This document shows positions 48,296 through 57,983 of a DNA stretch of 64,000 bases, one piece after another (within the stretch, counting starts at the first letter, position 1; every line of letters starts with the position of its first letter). The stretch lies in contig JAYTHE010000006.1 in NCBI GenBank assembly GCA_043732705.1, forward strand, positions 12,284 through 76,283, written 5' to 3'. Made by a program: the position numbers and the translations under genes. Origin of the DNA: Candidatus Omnitrophota bacterium. Its GTDB lineage: Bacteria > Omnitrophota > Omnitrophia > Omnitrophales > Aquincolibacteriaceae. The notes below the pieces were generated by a model. The model searched no databases. It saw only the letters and a list, made by a program, of their open reading frames with translations, and was not told the origin of the DNA.

Positions 48296-51105
48296 GTTCG
48301 ATTGAGCTGCGTCGTGTTTCAACCCATAATTTAAAAGGGTTCGACCTCCGGCTTTCCCATCGCAAAATTCATGTTATGACCGGTGTCTCCGGCTCCGGAA
48401 AATCTTCTTTGGCATTTGATACGCTGTATGCCGAGGGCCAGCGCCGCTATATGGAATCGCTTTCTTCGTACGCTCGTCAGTTTCTTGAAAAAATGCCCAA
48501 GCCGGATATTGAATCTGCGACAGGGATCCCTCCTGCCGTTGCGATCCAAGCCAAAAACGTTGTTTCCAACGCAAGGTCGACAGTCGGCACTCAAACCGAA
48601 GTGAACGATTATTTACGGTCGCTTTTTGCGCGCGTAGGACATTTGCATTGCCCTGATTGCCAAGGCACGGAAGTGACCGCCTACCAAACAGACTCTGTTT
48701 TAAACCAGATTTGCGGCGAAAAAGCAGACCGTTTGACGGTATTTTTCCCTTTTATGCTAAAAAAGAATTCAAAGAGTGAAGCGGAGGCGCTGGCCTCGGA
48801 CTTTCTGAAACAGGGTTTTGAGCGCTTTTCCGAACCCGGCAAAGAATGGATTTCGATTCAAGCCGACAAGCTTACCGGGAAAAAAGTCCGCGAGATTGCC
48901 GTGCTTGTCGATGAGCTTGCAAATACCGCATCCAATCGAAACCGGATAAGAGAGGCTCTCGAATTGGCTTTTCAGGCGGGGCAGGGACGGGTAGGTGTGA
49001 TAAGCGGGAAAGCCACGCAATGGTTTTCAAAAGATCTGCAATGCTCTTCCTGCCGCCGTATTTTTAAAAAGCCGACTGAAAACTCTTTTTCATTCAATAG
49101 TCCGATCGGGGCCTGTCCGGTTTGCCAGGGTTTTGGACGGGTGATTGAAACCGATTGGAATTTAGTTATTCCGGATGAGTCCAAATCAATTCAAGAAGGC
49201 GTGATTGAGCCTTGGACCAAAGCCAGTACACGCTGGGAATTAGGGCAGCTGCTCGATTTTTGTAAACGTAAAAAAATCTCAGTTAAAGTTCCATGGAAAG
49301 AGCTTGAACCTAAACAGCGTAAATGGATTTTATATGGCTGCGAGGGAGATGAGTTCGCGTCCGTAACCGAGTTTTTTAAATATCTCGAAAAGAAAACTTA
49401 CAAAATGCATATCCGCATTTTTTTAAACCGCTACCGCGGCTATGCGGTTTGTCCCGCCTGCAAAGGTGTGCGGATTCAACCCGACGCTTTAAACGTATTT
49501 GTCGGCAGGAAAAATTTTGCGGATATTCAGGAAATTAAAATCAACGCGTTGGCGCTTTTTTTCAGAGATTTAAAGTTAACTTCTTATGAAACCGAAAGAG
49601 CGGAAGCGCTTTTGGATGAAATTCGCGCGCGCCTCGGCTTTTTAAGCGAAGTCGGTTTGGGATATTTGACGCTTTCGCGGATGTCGCGCACGCTTTCCGG
49701 CGGCGAAGTTGAAAGAATTCATTTGGCATCATCGCTCGGCGCTTCGTTGGTTGACACGCTGTATGTTTTGGATGAGCCGAGCATCGGATTGCATGAGCGT
49801 GATAATCAGATGTTGATTGGGCTTTTACGAAAGCTGAGAGATTTGGGAAATACCGTGGTTGTTGTGGAGCATGACCGTACGATGATCGAAGCTGCCGATG
49901 AGGTGGTTGATTTAGGGCCGCGCGGCGGCGAAGGCGGCGGAAAAATTCTTTACCAGGGCCCGGTAGCGGGGCTTTTACAATGTGAAGAATCGCTGACAGG
50001 GCGTTACCTGTCGGGACGCGAGACGCTATCACGTTTAAGCTCTGCGTTCGCGCAACCGCGACAACAGGCAAAGGCGATAAAAATTTTGGGTGCTTCCGCA
50101 CACAATTTAAAGAATTGCGATGTTGAAATTCCTTTGGGGAAACTTGTCGTGCTTTCGGGTGTTTCAGGTTCGGGGAAGAGCACCTTACTTTATGATGTGT
50201 TGTACAACCGTTATCAAAAATACCGCGGCCGCGCCATTTCACAGGAAGACTTGGGAGCGGTGAAGTCGATTCGCGGCTGGGATACGCTTGGAGATATGGT
50301 TTTGATCGATCAATCGCCGATTGGGCGTTCCCCGCGGTCAAATCCCGTGACTTATATGGGTATTTACGATGAAATCCGCAAAATATTTTCGCGGCTTCCC
50401 GCGTCCAAAGCGCAGGGGTTTGGTCCTGGACATTTTTCATTTAATGTGGACGGCGGACGCTGCAATGCCTGCAAAGGCGACGGCGAAGTCAAAGTTGAAA
50501 TGCATTTTCTTGCGGATGTTTATGTGCGCTGTGAAGCCTGCGGCGGAAAGCGTTTTCAACGGGACGTGCTTGCGATTACCTATCAGGGAAAAAATATCGA
50601 CAAAGTTTTGGGAATGACCGTAACCGAGGCGCTGAATTTTTTTTCAAAGTCGCCCGCAATCGTGAAATCTTTGACGATTCTAGAAAATACGGGGCTGGGT
50701 TATTTGCGTTTGGGTCAGCCGACATTGACTCTTTCGGGCGGGGAAGGACAAAGGCTTAAATTAGCGAGCGAGCTGGCCGCATCGCAATCTTCAAAGCAGC
50801 TTTATCTTTTTGATGAGCCGACAACGGGCTTGCATGAACATGATATCCGCTATCTGATCAAAGCTTTTGACGAATTGCTTGCGCGGGGACATTCCGTGCT
50901 GGTGATCGAGCATCACATGGAATTAATTCGACTTGCCGATTGGGTGATTGATCTAGGTCCCGAAGGCGGAGATGCCGGCGGCGAAGTGGTTTATCAAGGC
51001 GACGTAAAAGGCCTGCTCAAATGCGCACGGTCGCATACGGGGCGCTGTTTATCGCAATACCTCCAAAAAACAAGTTTGAAGATTCCCGCTCTTCAAACGT
51101 CTTAA
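48292..51105 (+). CDS. uvrA: excinuclease ABC subunit A
   Basis: THNLK...GVSGSGKSSLAFDTLYAEGQRRY, two ABC ATPase modules, zinc-finger Cys pairs; TTG start. Confidence 0.9.
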   Translation: MSSIELRRVSTHNLKGFDLRLSHRKIHVMTGVSGSGKSSLAFDTLYAEGQRRYMESLSSYARQFLEKMPKPDIESATGIPPAVAIQAKNVVSNARSTVGTQTEVNDYLRSLFARVGHLHCPDCQGTEVTAYQTDSVLNQICGEKADRLTVFFPFMLKKNSKSEAEALASDFLKQGFERFSEPGKEWISIQADKLTGKKVREIAVLVDELANTASNRNRIREALELAFQAGQGRVGVISGKATQWFSKDLQCSSCRRIFKKPTENSFSFNSPIGACPVCQGFGRVIETDWNLVIPDESKSIQEGVIEPWTKASTRWELGQLLDFCKRKKISVKVPWKELEPKQRKWILYGCEGDEFASVTEFFKYLEKKTYKMHIRIFLNRYRGYAVCPACKGVRIQPDALNVFVGRKNFADIQEIKINALALFFRDLKLTSYETERAEALLDEIRARLGFLSEVGLGYLTLSRMSRTLSGGEVERIHLASSLGASLVDTLYVLDEPSIGLHERDNQMLIGLLRKLRDLGNTVVVVEHDRTMIEAADEVVDLGPRGGEGGGKILYQGPVAGLLQCEESLTGRYLSGRETLSRLSSAFAQPRQQAKAIKILGASAHNLKNCDVEIPLGKLVVLSGVSGSGKSTLLYDVLYNRYQKYRGRAISQEDLGAVKSIRGWDTLGDMVLIDQSPIGRSPRSNPVTYMGIYDEIRKIFSRLPASKAQGFGPGHFSFNVDGGRCNACKGDGEVKVEMHFLADVYVRCEACGGKRFQRDVLAITYQGKNIDKVLGMTVTEALNFFSKSPAIVKSLTILENTGLGYLRLGQPTLTLSGGEGQRLKLASELAASQSSKQLYLFDEPTTGLHEHDIRYLIKAFDELLARGHSVLVIEHHMELIRLADWVIDLGPEGGDAGGEVVYQGDVKGLLKCARSHTGRCLSQYLQKTSLKIPALQTS

Positions 51106-51151
51106 TAGTACAGGGTTTGAAAAGCGGCTTTCCGCAAGGTACACTTAAAGG

Positions 51152-51736
51152 ATGAATCTTTTTACTTCCAAGAAACATTTTTACATGGCGGGATATCTGT
51201 TGTTGATAGGTTTTTTACATGTGAATGCCATTTTGAAAGCGGAGGATCCGATTGCGGACACGCAAACAGAAGCCATTTCTTATGATCAAAAAATGGAACA
51301 AGATAAAGATGGAGTCAAAGCTCCGGCAACTCCCAAAATGATTTATTACGGCGGACAGGGGTTTTTAACCCGGAGTTCCTTGTCGAAATACGAAAATGAA
51401 ATTGCTTCTGCTTCAAAGGGCAAGAAAAAAGAAAAATTCAACTGGTCCGATTGGTGGGAAGATAAGCCATCTGAAACTCAAACGGACACGGCAGAAATTA
51501 AGCCTGCGGAAACAGTTGAGCCGGAAATACTTCAAGGCACGGATTTGCCGGCGGCGAAAGACAGTAGTTTGGATTCACAGCAAACGGATATAAAAGAAAA
51601 AAAGACGGATGAAAAACCGGCCGGTTCGGCTCAAACCGTCTTGGAAGAAGAAAGTTTCCCAGGGGAAGAAAGTGCGGCTCCGGATCAATCTCAGCCTCCC
51701 GCAGGGGGGAATACGAAGGGTGACGATTGGTGGTAG
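51152..51736 (+). CDS. hypothetical secreted/membrane-anchored acidic low-complexity protein (ends ...GDDWW)
   Basis: N-terminal hydrophobic segment then E/D/K/T-rich disordered sequence. Confidence 0.4.
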   Translation: MNLFTSKKHFYMAGYLLLIGFLHVNAILKAEDPIADTQTEAISYDQKMEQDKDGVKAPATPKMIYYGGQGFLTRSSLSKYENEIASASKGKKKEKFNWSDWWEDKPSETQTDTAEIKPAETVEPEILQGTDLPAAKDSSLDSQQTDIKEKKTDEKPAGSAQTVLEEESFPGEESAAPDQSQPPAGGNTKGDDWW

Positions 51737-51851
51737 AAGCAGTTTTGAGGGATAAAATGAGGGCTTTTCACGTATTTTATTCCAATTCAGTTTCAGACTC
51801 CAAAGCCGTTAATTCTTCAGGTAATTAAGGTCTGCACGACCTGGTCCTTTT

Positions 51852-51860
51852 TGATATAAT
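51852..51860 (+). promoter_or_regulatory. extended -10 promoter element TGATATAAT upstream of the FtsH-like gene
   Basis: Consensus TGnTATAAT read from sequence; -35 weak. Confidence 0.35.
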
Positions 51861-51913
51861 CCTGTCTTTATTGCGCCTTCTTTTAGGTGCGTTTCTAAGG
51901 AGAACACGAATTT

Positions 51914-53593
51914 ATGGTCATGAAAAAACGCCGCTTACAGCTTTTCTTTATTGAGCATGGTGGAACCATGGGTGTGATTGCGGGCGCCTTGGTCTTGATC
52001 GCGTTATGTGCATGGGGATTGATGAGCCTCGAAAGTTATTATCGAAATATTACTCTTGCTCAGATTCCGCTTAATTTTCTTTCGGTGATCGTGAATGCGG
52101 TTGTATTCGCTTACATCTACATGAACATGATGGGCCGCGGCTTTTCAGGTATCGGAAAGAAAGGTATTAAGGCCAATCAGGTTAATATTAAGTTTGATGA
52201 CGTGGTGGGAATTGATGAAGCAAAAGATGAATGCCGTGAAGTTGTGGACTTAATCAAAGATCACACCCGTCTTAAAAATATCGGCGGAAAAATTCTGCGC
52301 GGCGTTCTCATGATCGGGCCTCCGGGCTGCGGGAAAACCTATATTGCGAAAGCAATCGCGACTGAAACCGGCTTACCGTTTCTTTCTATGGCGGCCAGCG
52401 AATTCAACGAAGTGTTTGTGGGTGTTGGTGCAAGCCGTGTCCGTCAGCTTTTCAAAAAAGCACGCCGTTTGGCTTATGGCTATGGCGGCTGCGTGATATT
52501 TATCGACGAACTTGATGCCATGGGGCAAAAGCGTACTTTCAGCCAATTTGGCAGCGGCGAAGGCAATACGACCCAAAACCAGTTGCTTGTGGAGTTGGAT
52601 GGATTGGGTGGCGGTGCGACTGAGAATATTGTCGTCATCGGCGCGACCAACGCTTCCGAAGATATTTTGGATCCCGCGCTTTTGCGTCCGGGCCGTCTTG
52701 ACCGCAAAGTTTATATCAACAAGCCTAATTTGGAAGGCCGCGAAGCCGTGTTTAATCTTTATCTTAAAAAAGTAAAACATGATTCGAGCGTCGACCCCAA
52801 ACGTTTGGCGCGTCGCGCAATCGGTTATTCTCCCGCAGAAATTGAAAACGCGGTAAAAGAATCCGCGCTTGTAGCAACACGCAACAAACGCGACGTGATT
52901 ACTTGGAGCGATATGACGGAAGCCTTGGACCGTATTGAGCTTGGTTTCAAAATTAAACTGACGATTAATTCAAGAGAACGTGAAATGACGGCTTATCACG
53001 AAACGGGTCATTTGATTATCACGTATTTGCTTCATCCACGCGACGATGTCTTTAAGGCGTCTATTTTGCCGCGTAAAAACACCTTGGGTGTGGTTTACCA
53101 TGTTCCTTTGGAAGAGTGGCACACGCAAGACAAGGAGTCCTTAACAGCTCAAATCAAGATTGCTTTGGGCGGATTTGCCGGAGAACGCGTCAAATATGGA
53201 ACATCCACATCGGGTGTTTCTTCGGATTTTAAATCTGCGATGGGAGTTGCGCATACCATGGTTTGGAAATTGGGTATGGGGCCGTCCAGCCTTGTCGGAG
53301 ATTTTACAGTTGTGCCCGAAGGGCAATTATCGCGCGAAGTGGTGACTCAGTTGAGTCAAGATACTCAAAAAATTCTTACGGATTGTTTGAAAGAAGTAGA
53401 AGATTTATTGCGCAAAGAAAAGCCGTTGTTTGAACGTTTTGCCCAAGAATTAATTTCTAAAGGCGAGTTGCAGTATGACGAAATTGAGGCGATTTTTGCT
53501 GAGTTTGGGAAGGTCAATCCCAGAAAATTCGGCGGATCGGTTGCTTCTGCTGCTTCTGCGGACTCGAAGTATTTGCCGCCGTCTGCGCGTTAA
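51914..53593 (+). CDS. FtsH-family ATP-dependent zinc metalloprotease paralog with minimal periplasmic loop
   Basis: Two N-terminal TM helices ~14 aa apart, Walker A GPPGCGKT, second region of homology, HETGH zinc motif; 559 aa. Confidence 0.8.
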   Translation: MVMKKRRLQLFFIEHGGTMGVIAGALVLIALCAWGLMSLESYYRNITLAQIPLNFLSVIVNAVVFAYIYMNMMGRGFSGIGKKGIKANQVNIKFDDVVGIDEAKDECREVVDLIKDHTRLKNIGGKILRGVLMIGPPGCGKTYIAKAIATETGLPFLSMAASEFNEVFVGVGASRVRQLFKKARRLAYGYGGCVIFIDELDAMGQKRTFSQFGSGEGNTTQNQLLVELDGLGGGATENIVVIGATNASEDILDPALLRPGRLDRKVYINKPNLEGREAVFNLYLKKVKHDSSVDPKRLARRAIGYSPAEIENAVKESALVATRNKRDVITWSDMTEALDRIELGFKIKLTINSREREMTAYHETGHLIITYLLHPRDDVFKASILPRKNTLGVVYHVPLEEWHTQDKESLTAQIKIALGGFAGERVKYGTSTSGVSSDFKSAMGVAHTMVWKLGMGPSSLVGDFTVVPEGQLSREVVTQLSQDTQKILTDCLKEVEDLLRKEKPLFERFAQELISKGELQYDEIEAIFAEFGKVNPRKFGGSVASAASADSKYLPPSAR

Positions 53594-53615
53594 GAACGCT
53601 GTTCTAAGCCGCATT

Positions 53616-55196
53616 ATGGCGAATAAACAAAAATCAGTCCTTCGCAAAGTTGCGCAAGGACTGATTTTTGTTTTTATGCCGATTTTGCTACTTTCCGCGT
53701 GTTTGAAAAGTACTTATCCTGAAAACTACGTCAAAGAATCCATTCTTAAAATTCTTCGTACGGAATACAGCATTCCCATGGCCCAGGTTGAGATTACCGG
53801 GAAAACGATTCATCTCTACCTGCCTGTCGAACGTTTGTTTACGGCGGACCTTGATGATATTAAAGTCTCTTTTGTGAGAATTTTGGGCATTCCCGTAAAA
53901 AATGGTTTTGTCGTGTGGACTGCACGTATTCTCTCGGGTCCGCAGGACGGTTATTGGGAATTGCTGGCGAGAATGTATCACGCGGAGCTTCTCCGCTGGT
54001 TCAAAATGGATTGGGTTGAGACGAAAGCAGAAAAGAAAAAAATCGAAAAAATTCAAGACGCGATTGAACTTCACCCCGAAGTTCAGGATGAGATCGGTCA
54101 AATGTTGTTCGCGGTGGCGCGCGTCGCACGCAGTACGGATCTCAAGCTTGATTTTTATGCCGCGCAAATTACAGACGTGAGATCAGGGCATGAATTTATT
54201 CTGCAGGGCTATTTGCAGGATATGAATCGCTTGCAGCTCATGGATATTTCTCAGGCCGAGTATCACAAGCGTATGCTGAAAGACACGCATGTGAATAACC
54301 GCGCACAAGTTCATTTTCCGGTGCGGAACTTTTTTTTAGATTTGAATCAAAAAACACGGGAAGACGTGCAGCAAAAGTATTTTGAAAAACTCACTTCTTT
54401 GGATTGGATGGACCGGTTCTATTTTAGAGACAAGAAGAAAAAGCTGTTTCCGGTTTCACAGATGACTTGGGAGATTGAGGATATTCGCAGCTTTTTAAGC
54501 CCCGCCGGCGGGCGTGCGTTGGTCTATGTAAAAACGGAAATGCTTTCGCGCACCGATCAGAAGACCGTAAAACCCCTGGAAGAAGAGTTTTTATTTGAAA
54601 TTTTGATTCGGAGCAAGTCGGTTCAAATTTTACGGATCATTCCGTTCAGTCTTTTAAATGAGATGTTGGCGGGCATGCCGGAATTTAATATGAGCGAAAA
54701 GACATTGCAGGAAAATATCAAGACATGGCGTTCGGAATTTGAACCAAAAGAAATTTTTCTCGAAGATTTTTTAGCCAAACAAATGATGATGCGCCTTTAC
54801 GATGATATTTATCAGGATGAACGCATCGCGAATACCTTTACCGACCTGCACTTTGAAGTCCGTTTCCGGCGTGAGCCCAAACGTGAATTTGTTTTTGAGG
54901 TGCGTCCAGCGTTAAAAGACCCGAAGGCCATTACTTCGGGCAGGCCTTTGTCGGAGCATGAGGACATGGTTTATTTGGAGAATCAATTTGTAAGCCGTGC
55001 GGCAGCCACTTTCCATAGTTATGGGTATAAAGATTTTGAAAATATGACAATCGAGCTTCCCGCTGAGGGCGAGAGGCTCATCGTGTCACCGGACCATTTA
55101 GAGCTCTTTTACCGCAAGAAGAAGCGCTTGGGAGATGTTTTACTGCGTGACAGTAACCCTATTCCGTCTGAGGAAACAGTTCCCCAAGGCAATTGA
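53616..55196 (+). CDS. large lipoprotein of unknown function (526 aa, lipobox LLSAC)
   Basis: Start placed at MANKQK ATG (53616); the track start at 53475 would overlap the FtsH-like 3' end. Confidence 0.5.
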   Translation: MANKQKSVLRKVAQGLIFVFMPILLLSACLKSTYPENYVKESILKILRTEYSIPMAQVEITGKTIHLYLPVERLFTADLDDIKVSFVRILGIPVKNGFVVWTARILSGPQDGYWELLARMYHAELLRWFKMDWVETKAEKKKIEKIQDAIELHPEVQDEIGQMLFAVARVARSTDLKLDFYAAQITDVRSGHEFILQGYLQDMNRLQLMDISQAEYHKRMLKDTHVNNRAQVHFPVRNFFLDLNQKTREDVQQKYFEKLTSLDWMDRFYFRDKKKKLFPVSQMTWEIEDIRSFLSPAGGRALVYVKTEMLSRTDQKTVKPLEEEFLFEILIRSKSVQILRIIPFSLLNEMLAGMPEFNMSEKTLQENIKTWRSEFEPKEIFLEDFLAKQMMMRLYDDIYQDERIANTFTDLHFEVRFRREPKREFVFEVRPALKDPKAITSGRPLSEHEDMVYLENQFVSRAAATFHSYGYKDFENMTIELPAEGERLIVSPDHLELFYRKKKRLGDVLLRDSNPIPSEETVPQGN

Positions 55197-55227
55197 AAAA
55201 AGCCACGAATTTGCTATCATACGCGCC

Positions 55228-56009
55228 ATGCTAAGCCTTAGTTCTCGCCAATCATTTATTCTTAACCGGGTTGTGGATACATTTATTGAAACAGGGCATC
55301 CAGTGTCCTCACAAGCGGTGGCCTATGCCAGCCCTTCGCCGGTTTCTTCCGCTACAATTCGTAACGAAATGGGTACGCGGAGGATACGGGCTATCTTGTT
55401 CAGGCGCATCATTCCTCAGGCCGTATTCCCACCGACCGCGGTTACCGTCATTATTTGGATCATGGCATTGAGTCTTGTGAAATAAAAGGGGAGCTGTCAC
55501 GCCAATTGTCCGCAAGTTTTTTGAATCGTTTTAAAACTATGGAAGACACCCAGCCTTTTGCCGAAGAGATTACAGCCGTTCTTTCGGAGCTTTCGAGGCA
55601 GCTGGGTGTTTTGCTTGTGCCTGATACCGGTCCCGAAACTTGGAGCGAAGACCGGATGCAAATGAAGGCGCAAGGTTTGCGTTATTTATTGGAAAATCCG
55701 GAATGTCAGAACTCCGCGACGCTCCGTCCGCTTGTGCGTGCAGTCGAAGAAAAGGAAGCTTTGAAACGTTGGATCGGTGAGCATGCCTCTGAAGCAAATA
55801 CACAGGCTTTTGTCGGATCGGAGCATGAATTTGAAGAACTTGAAAATTATACGATTGTGACCGCCCGTTTTGAGTCGGGCGCGCATGGCCCGTCAGGGGC
55901 TGTCGCGATTATTGGATTGAAACGCATGGCTTACGCGAAAGTTTTGCCGATTGTTTCGGAAATGGCCCATTTAATGGGAACAACTTTTCGCGCGATGCGT
56001 CAAGGTTAA
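55228..56009 (+). pseudogene. hrcA: heat-inducible transcription repressor HrcA, interrupted by an apparent 1-nt frameshift at ~55371-55374 (GGG run): N-terminal part in one frame, remainder in the +2 frame
   Basis: Frame A: MLSLSSRQSFILNRVVDTFIETGHPVSSQ...SATIRNEMG; frame C continues YAEDTGYLVQAHHSSGRIPTDRGYRHYLDHGIE... to a typical HrcA C-terminus; joined reading restores the HrcA signature ATIRNEMxxLE(D)xGYL. Confidence 0.55.
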
Positions 56010-56021
56010 CGGGGGAAAAGC

Positions 56022-56597
56022 ATGAAAGACAAAGAAACGGAAGATAAACTGAAATCTGAAAAGCAGACGGATGAAACAGTTGAAATTTCACGTGCCGAGC
56101 TTGAAAAGTTGCAGGCGCAGTTAGCCGAGGCAGAAGGTATGCGTGAAAAACTTTTGCGTTCTGCCGCGGATTTTGAAAACGCTAAAAAACGTTTGACGCG
56201 CGAACGTGAAGATTTTATTAAGTTCTCACAGGAAAGCCTTTTGGGTGATTTGCTGCCGATTCTCGATAATTTTGACCGCGCCTTGGGACACCAGGCTAAT
56301 CTTGAGACCTTGGACGCTGAGGGACTTAAAAAACAGCTTAAATCGCTCATGACCGGTATGCAGATGGTGAAGAAGCAGTTTATGGATGTATTGCAAAGCC
56401 AGGGTGTTAAAGTGATTTCTGCATTGGGCGAAATTTATGACCCGCATAAGCATGAGGTGATTGAATACGTTCCGGGCGAGGGTAAGCCGGATGAAATTAT
56501 CACGGAAATTCAAACCGGTTATCTTTTGCAAGACCGCTTATTACGCGCAGCGAAAGTGCGCGTGCGTTCCGCGGCTCCCAAGCCCGAAGCTTCGTAG
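56022..56597 (+). CDS. grpE: nucleotide exchange factor GrpE
   Basis: Coiled-coil N-terminus, GrpE C-terminal motifs. Confidence 0.9.
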   Translation: MKDKETEDKLKSEKQTDETVEISRAELEKLQAQLAEAEGMREKLLRSAADFENAKKRLTREREDFIKFSQESLLGDLLPILDNFDRALGHQANLETLDAEGLKKQLKSLMTGMQMVKKQFMDVLQSQGVKVISALGEIYDPHKHEVIEYVPGEGKPDEIITEIQTGYLLQDRLLRAAKVRVRSAAPKPEAS

Positions 56598-56605
56598 ATT
56601 TGACT

Positions 56606-57691
56606 ATGGCGCAGAAAAGAGATTATTACTCGGTGCTTAGCGTTGAGCGCACCGCGACTGGCGAAGAAATTAAAAAATCCTACCGTAAAGTTGCGATGCA
56701 ATACCACCCCGACCGTAACCCCGGCGATCATGCCGCCGAAGAAATGTTCAAAGAAGCTGCAGAAGCTTACGCTATTTTAAGCGATTCAGCCAAGCGCGCT
56801 CAGTACGACCAATTCGGCCACTCGCTGGGCGGTGGGCGCGGAGGTTTTTCCGGTGATTACGGAGACGTCGGTGATATTTTTGAAGATGTATTTGAAGGTT
56901 TTTTTGGAGGAGGCGGAAGACGCAATCCCAACCGTGCACAAAAAGGCTCAGACCTCGAATATAAAATTGAAATGACTCTAGAAGAAGTTTTGAAGCCGAA
57001 AACTTTGGATCTTAAAATTCCGCGGCTGGAAAACTGCAGTGAATGTTCTGGAAGCGGTGCCGCGCCCGGATCTAAAAAAGTAACCTGTAATGATTGCCGC
57101 GGCAGCGGACAGATTCGTGTTTCCCAGGGTTTTTTTAATATGCAGACGACTTGTCCGCGCTGCCGCGGAGCAGGCGCATTTATTGACAAGCCCTGTAAGC
57201 CTTGCGGCGGTGCCGGACGTGTGAGAGATACACGCAAGCTGGAAGTGAAGATTCCGGCAGGCATGGACCATGGAACGCGTCTTAAAGTAACAGGGGAAGG
57301 CGAGGCGGGACAAAATGGCGGGCCGCGCGGAGACTTGTATGTTCAGGTGCTACTCAAAAAACACGATTTGTTTGAGCGGAATCATGAAGATATTCATTGC
57401 GAATGGAGTATTCCGTACACAGCGGCAGTTTTGGGCGGGACAGTTTCAGTTCCGACGCTTGAAAAAGAGGCAAGTTTAAAAATTCCTGCCGGCACAGTTC
57501 CGGGAAGAGCTTTAAAAGTTGAAGGCGCCGGTATTCCGTTTGTGCGTTCGCCTGACCGTCGGGGAGACCTTTACATCCATGTTCAGATTGAAGTGCCCGA
57601 AAAAGTTTCCAAGCGTGAAAAAGAGCTTTTGGAAGAGTTGGCCAAAGAGCGCGGCGAGAAAGTAAAAGCAAAAAAAGGGATGTTTAGTTAG
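56606..57691 (+). CDS. dnaJ: molecular chaperone DnaJ
   Basis: J-domain with HPD, G/F-rich region, four CxxCxGxG zinc-finger repeats. Confidence 0.9.
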   Translation: MAQKRDYYSVLSVERTATGEEIKKSYRKVAMQYHPDRNPGDHAAEEMFKEAAEAYAILSDSAKRAQYDQFGHSLGGGRGGFSGDYGDVGDIFEDVFEGFFGGGGRRNPNRAQKGSDLEYKIEMTLEEVLKPKTLDLKIPRLENCSECSGSGAAPGSKKVTCNDCRGSGQIRVSQGFFNMQTTCPRCRGAGAFIDKPCKPCGGAGRVRDTRKLEVKIPAGMDHGTRLKVTGEGEAGQNGGPRGDLYVQVLLKKHDLFERNHEDIHCEWSIPYTAAVLGGTVSVPTLEKEASLKIPAGTVPGRALKVEGAGIPFVRSPDRRGDLYIHVQIEVPEKVSKREKELLEELAKERGEKVKAKKGMFS

Positions 57692-57983
57692 GTTCTGTCG
57701 ACCTTTTTTATAAAATAGCGACAGGCCCGCATTGCAAGCAGTACAAGGAACGAGGGAGGAAGGCGCACCCGTGTGGTGCGTCGACGATGGAGTGACGAAG
57801 TAATGCTTCGCAATCCGTCCTGTCCCTCTGAAAATATCATTAACGGGTTATGGTGGCATGGTTGCCATTCCGGCGTTGTTTTCTCCTTGGCGTAGTGCAT
57901 CGACTACGCCGTCGTCGTCACGCCTTGGACTGACAACCATGGCACTCATAACGCTAATTTACAAAAAAGGTCGGCAGAACCTC

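Noticed and set aside
49562-50440. 292-aa minus-strand ORF antisense to uvrA (and similar antisense ORFs at 2318-3004, 7143-7655, 10684-11127, 43407-44156)
   Set aside because: Each is fully contained, antisense, within a strongly supported conserved gene. Their composition (Arg/His/Lys/Cys-rich) is typical of out-of-frame translation of GC-skewed coding DNA.
53475-53615. Track start (53475) of the lipoprotein ORF overlapping the FtsH-like gene 3' end by 119 nt
   Set aside because: The upstream extension is Arg/Leu-rich and would overlap a conserved coding region. The internal ATG at 53616 gives a classical lipoprotein signal peptide immediately.
55197-55227. CIRCE operator upstream of hrcA
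   Set aside because: There is no match to TTAGCACTC-N9-GAGTGCTAA here or upstream of the FtsH-like gene. The only nearby similar string (GCTTAGTGCTTAGAG at ~33730) is part of the family-D repeat.
57692-57983. SRP RNA / RNase P / tmRNA in the dnaJ-ybgC spacer
   Set aside because: None of the hallmark motifs I remember (GGAAGCAGC of SRP helix 8, GGAAAGUCCGG of RNase P P4, tRNA-like GGTTCGANTCC end of tmRNA) is present. It is kept only as an unclassified structured region.
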